Shown piece after piece: positions 45,838-48,576 of a stretch of DNA of 48,576 nt. A program made the position numbers and the translations under genes. The notes below the pieces were generated by a model. The model was not told where the DNA came from. It did not search any database and saw nothing but the letters and a program-made list of their open reading frames with translations. The DNA is from an uncultured bacterium (GTDB lineage Bacteria; Verrucomicrobiota; Kiritimatiellia; RFP12; UBA3636). Numbering within the stretch: the stretch's first letter is position 1; every line of letters starts with the position of its first letter. The stretch spans positions 1-48,576 of the forward strand of contig CACWKU010000008.1 of the NCBI GenBank assembly GCA_902761575.1, given 5' to 3'.

Positions 45838-47217
45838 CTATCCGACGATGACGTTTTCCTCGGGGTAGCGCTTGGAGAGGTCCGCCGAACCGGGGCGGTG
45901 CAGCAGGAGCACGAGCGTCACGGGCCCGAGGCGCCCGGCGAACATGCACAGCGTGATGACGAGCTTGGAGGGCGCCGAGAGCCCCGAGGTCGTGTCCGCC
46001 ATCGACATGCCGTTGTTGGCGAAGGCGGAGACGGTCTCGAAGAGCAGGGCCGGGGCGCGCGCGTCGTCCGGCGACTCGATCAGGTAGAGCAGGAACGAGC
46101 CCAGCAGGACGATCCCGAGCGAGAGCACGAGGATCGCGAGGGCGTCGTTCACGATGCGGCGCGGGATCGAGCGGCCGTGCAGCTCCGGCGTCTCGCGCGA
46201 GGCGAACATCGCGGCCACGGTCGCGCCGAGGATCGCGACGGTCGTCGTCTTGAGGCCGCCGCCCGTCGAGCCCGGCGCCGCGCCGATGAACATCATGAGG
46301 ATCGTGAAGGCGAGCGACGCGGGGCAGAGCGAGCGTACCGGCACCGCGGCGAAGCCCGCCGAGCGCGTCGTGATCGCCTGGAAGAGCCCGGCGACGACCG
46401 TGTCGCGAGCGCCGAGTCCCGCGTAGGCGCCGTTCCACTCCAGCGCGAGGAACATGGCCATGTCGAGCGCGAGGACCGCGAGGATGCCCTCCAGCACGAG
46501 CCGGCTGTGGAGCGTGAGGCGGCCGCGGCGGAGGCGGTCGCGCCGCCAGGGCCGCAGCGCGAGGAGGTTCGCGTGCACGACGAACCCGATGCCGCCCACG
46601 AGCGAGAGCGCGATCGCGCAGAGCATCGAGGCGGGGTCGCGCAGGAACGGGGCGAAGGAGTCGGAGAAGAGCGAGAAGCCGGCGTTGCAGAACGACATCA
46701 CGGCGAAGAACGCTCCGCCCGCGGCGGCGAAGGCGTCGCCCCTCTCCGGGAAGAGGGCGCGCATCCGAACGAAGAAGACGATCGCGCCGGCGGCCTCCCA
46801 GAAGAGCGTGTAGCGCATTGTCCCGAGGAGGATGCGGCGCATGTCGCCCGACCGGACCTCGCCGAGCGAGGCCGAGACCGAGCGCTCCTCCGTGACGGAG
46901 AGCGAGCGCCCGAGCACGACGAAGAAGATCGTGCCGGCGGTCATGATGCCGATGCCGCCGAGCTGGACGAGGACGGCGAGGAGCGCGAGGCCCGCGGGCG
47001 AGAGCGCGGCGCCGACTCCGATCGGGTCGAGGCCGGTCACGCACGCGGCGGAGGTGGCGACGAAGAGGCGGTCGATCCCGAGGTGCCAGGCGCCGTCCGC
47101 GCTCGCGAACGGCGAGGCGAGCAGGAGCCCGCCGAGCGCGATCGCCGCCGAGAAGGCGAGGACGAGGGCGCGCGGGGCCGAGACGAAGGCCTGCCGGAAT
47201 TTCGATCGTGCGAGCAT
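45838..47217 (-). CDS. ktrB: K+ transporter membrane subunit (KtrB/TrkH family)
   Basis: 459 aa, polytopic. It has repeated M-P-M pore motifs with TGL/GLD/NAGF/TGGGLKT/NNGMS selectivity-filter glycines. Confidence 0.85.
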   Translation of the reverse strand: MLARSKFRQAFVSAPRALVLAFSAAIALGGLLLASPFASADGAWHLGIDRLFVATSAACVTGLDPIGVGAALSPAGLALLAVLVQLGGIGIMTAGTIFFVVLGRSLSVTEERSVSASLGEVRSGDMRRILLGTMRYTLFWEAAGAIVFFVRMRALFPERGDAFAAAGGAFFAVMSFCNAGFSLFSDSFAPFLRDPASMLCAIALSLVGGIGFVVHANLLALRPWRRDRLRRGRLTLHSRLVLEGILAVLALDMAMFLALEWNGAYAGLGARDTVVAGLFQAITTRSAGFAAVPVRSLCPASLAFTILMMFIGAAPGSTGGGLKTTTVAILGATVAAMFASRETPELHGRSIPRRIVNDALAILVLSLGIVLLGSFLLYLIESPDDARAPALLFETVSAFANNGMSMADTTSGLSAPSKLVITLCMFAGRLGPVTLVLLLHRPGSADLSKRYPEENVIVG

Positions 47218-47237
47218 GGGTTGCGGAACGGCGCCGG

Positions 47238-47246
47238 ATTATGCCA
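47238..47246 (-). promoter_or_regulatory. extended -10 box TGGCATAAT upstream of ktrB
   Basis: The minus strand reads TGGCATAAT-CCGGCGCCG..., 20 nt before the ATG. It shares the downstream CCGGCGCCG with the box at 17515..17523. Confidence 0.35.
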
Positions 47247-47300
47247 CAACCCCGCCGCGCGCCGCAAGGCGCATGGACGCGGACGGGGGCGTGTGCTACA

Positions 47301-48185
47301 ATGCCGCTCCGCCTTCTCTCCATCGGAAACAGCTTCTCCGAAAGCGTTCGCCGCCAGCTGCCGGCGATGGTCGCCGCCGAGGGGCGCGACCTTCGCTTCG
47401 CCAACCTCTTCATCGGCGGCTGCCCGCTGCGCCGCCACGCGGAGAACCTCGCCGCGTCCGCCGCGGACCCTTCCTTCAGGCCCTATCGCCTCGGCTCGCA
47501 CGGCTTCGCGCCGGAAGAGGCGATGCCGACCGAGGTCGACGCGAGCGCGAACGAGCTGCTCGCGCGCGGCGGCTGGGACGTCGTCACCGTCCAGCAGGCG
47601 AGCCACGAGAGCTGGGACTACGACAACTACCAGCCGTTCGGCCACGCGGTCGTCGAGGCCGTGCGCAAGGCGTGCCCGGCGGCCGAGGTCGTGATCCAGC
47701 AGACCTGGGCCTACCGCGCGGACGACGACCGCCTGCGCCCCGGCGGCGCATGGGGATTCGGGCAGGCGGGGATGTTCGAGCGCCTCTCCGACGCCTACGA
47801 CCGCTTCGCGGCGGACGAGGGCATCGCGCGCCAAATCCCGACCGGCGTGGCCGTGCAGCTCACGCGCGTCCGCGAGAAGGCCCCGTTCGTCCCCTACGAG
47901 ACCGCGGACCTCGCGCGCTACCGCTGGCCGGACCTGCCGCCGCAGGCGGGCGACGTCGTCGGGCGCCTCGGCTGGCGCCGCAACTGGGACACGGGCGAGA
48001 TGGAGATCGGGCGCGACACGATCCACCTCAACGCGCGCGGCGAGTACCTCCAGGCGCTCGTGTGGTTCGGCTTTCTCTTCGGCGTCGACCCGACTTCCGT
48101 CTCCTACGTCTCGCCCGAGGTCGGCGACGCCGACGCCCGCTTCCTCCGCGAGTGCGCCCGCGACGCCCTGGCGCAACGCGCCTAG
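47301..48185 (+). CDS. SGNH/DUF4886-like hydrolase
   Basis: ORF 47208..48185 was trimmed to MPLRLLSIGNSFSES (a GNSF block), with a later DTIHLN block. Function unknown. Confidence 0.55.
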   Translation: MPLRLLSIGNSFSESVRRQLPAMVAAEGRDLRFANLFIGGCPLRRHAENLAASAADPSFRPYRLGSHGFAPEEAMPTEVDASANELLARGGWDVVTVQQASHESWDYDNYQPFGHAVVEAVRKACPAAEVVIQQTWAYRADDDRLRPGGAWGFGQAGMFERLSDAYDRFAADEGIARQIPTGVAVQLTRVREKAPFVPYETADLARYRWPDLPPQAGDVVGRLGWRRNWDTGEMEIGRDTIHLNARGEYLQALVWFGFLFGVDPTSVSYVSPEVGDADARFLRECARDALAQRA

Positions 48186-48576
48186 AACGCGAGCCGCACG
48201 CGGAAGAGGTCGACCGCGGGCGAGCGGCGCAGCCCGGGCGCGGGGGCGTCGCCGCGGATCTCCCGCGCGGCGCCCTCGAGTCGCTCCCTGTTGTAGCGGT
48301 GCGCGGCGTCGATGCCGCCGTAGATGCTCCCGGTGTACCAGGTGAGCTCGAAGAAGGTTGTGACGGCGAAGAGACCCCACTCCTCGTGGTCGGCGCACTC
48401 GTACATCGCCCAGCCGAAGAGGCCGTTGAGGACGATCGAGCGGATCGCGTTGCCCCACTCGCCGGAGTAGGCGTAGCCGAGGCCCGGCACGAGGCCGAGC
48501 AGGCCGCCGACCCTCGGCGACCGGTCGCTTCCGCGCTCCCACCTCCCGAGCGCCGCGAGCGCGGCGGGGTCGTCGG
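48182..48576 (-). CDS. hypothetical membrane protein (probably 5'-truncated by the right edge)
   Basis: The frame stays open to the window end (DDPAALAALGRWERGS...GLLGLVPGLGYAYSGEWGNAIRSIVLNGLFGW...). The track starts it at an internal GTG (48490). No family recognised. Confidence 0.4.
   Translation of the reverse strand, partial: DDPAALAALGRWERGSDRSPRVGGLLGLVPGLGYAYSGEWGNAIRSIVLNGLFGWAMYECADHEEWGLFAVTTFFELTWYTGSIYGGIDAAHRYNRERLEGAAREIRGDAPAPGLRRSPAVDLFRVRLAF

Noticed and set aside
47297-47302. TACAAT as a -10 box for the DUF4886-like gene.
   Set aside because: It overlaps the only plausible ATG (47301), and no alternative in-frame start lies downstream. It cannot serve as that gene's promoter, so it is likely coincidental.

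Overview
High-GC (visibly about 70%) bacterial chromosome segment. Gene content suggests the PVC superphylum, at low confidence: a GspG-type pseudopilin, a Minf_1886-like small protein, CA-rich leaders lacking a Shine-Dalgarno sequence, and many Sec-signal proteins of unknown function. The flanks are housekeeping genes: purL, purB, cobB/Sir2 on the left; ybaK, hisC, ktrAB on the right. Also on the left are a GH9 glycosidase, a GT2, an orphan gspG, a metallophosphoesterase, an acyltransferase and a vWA protein. The centre (about 18.4-43.5 kb) is a co-directional accessory locus of secreted proteins. It holds two unknown proteins, two inhibitory-type serpins, an omptin outer-membrane protease and a sialate-O-acetylesterase-like enzyme. 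It also holds two phage-tail-collar fibre-like paralogs, a four-helix-bundle (23S-IVS/Avd-like) protein and a 2,907-aa giant protein. The giant protein's C-terminus looks like the conserved C-terminal module of Tc-toxin A subunits, but no TcB/TcC partner lies in the window. The most unusual signal is at the nucleotide level. Seven consecutive genes of this locus begin with tandem arrays of a ~24-nt mini-hairpin unit (CCCTTCATTCG-CCGCGCAGCGGCG). Its stems covary, and it is read in all three frames. Six of the seven arrays end in a long perfect hairpin over the signal-peptide core. Reverse-complement copies of the arrays sit behind both tail-collar genes. As a result, those genes and the four-helix-bundle gene are bracketed by inverted arrays. 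Other oddities are a repeat-bounded in-frame insertion in purL, a secreted acidic protein gene broken by two -1 frameshifts, G-poor tandem 7-9-mer leaders, and TGnTAGAAT boxes placed for leaderless or near-leaderless mRNAs. No rRNA, tRNA, CRISPR array, transposase or integrase was seen. All calls come from reading the sequence and from recalled family motifs; nothing was searched against a database.
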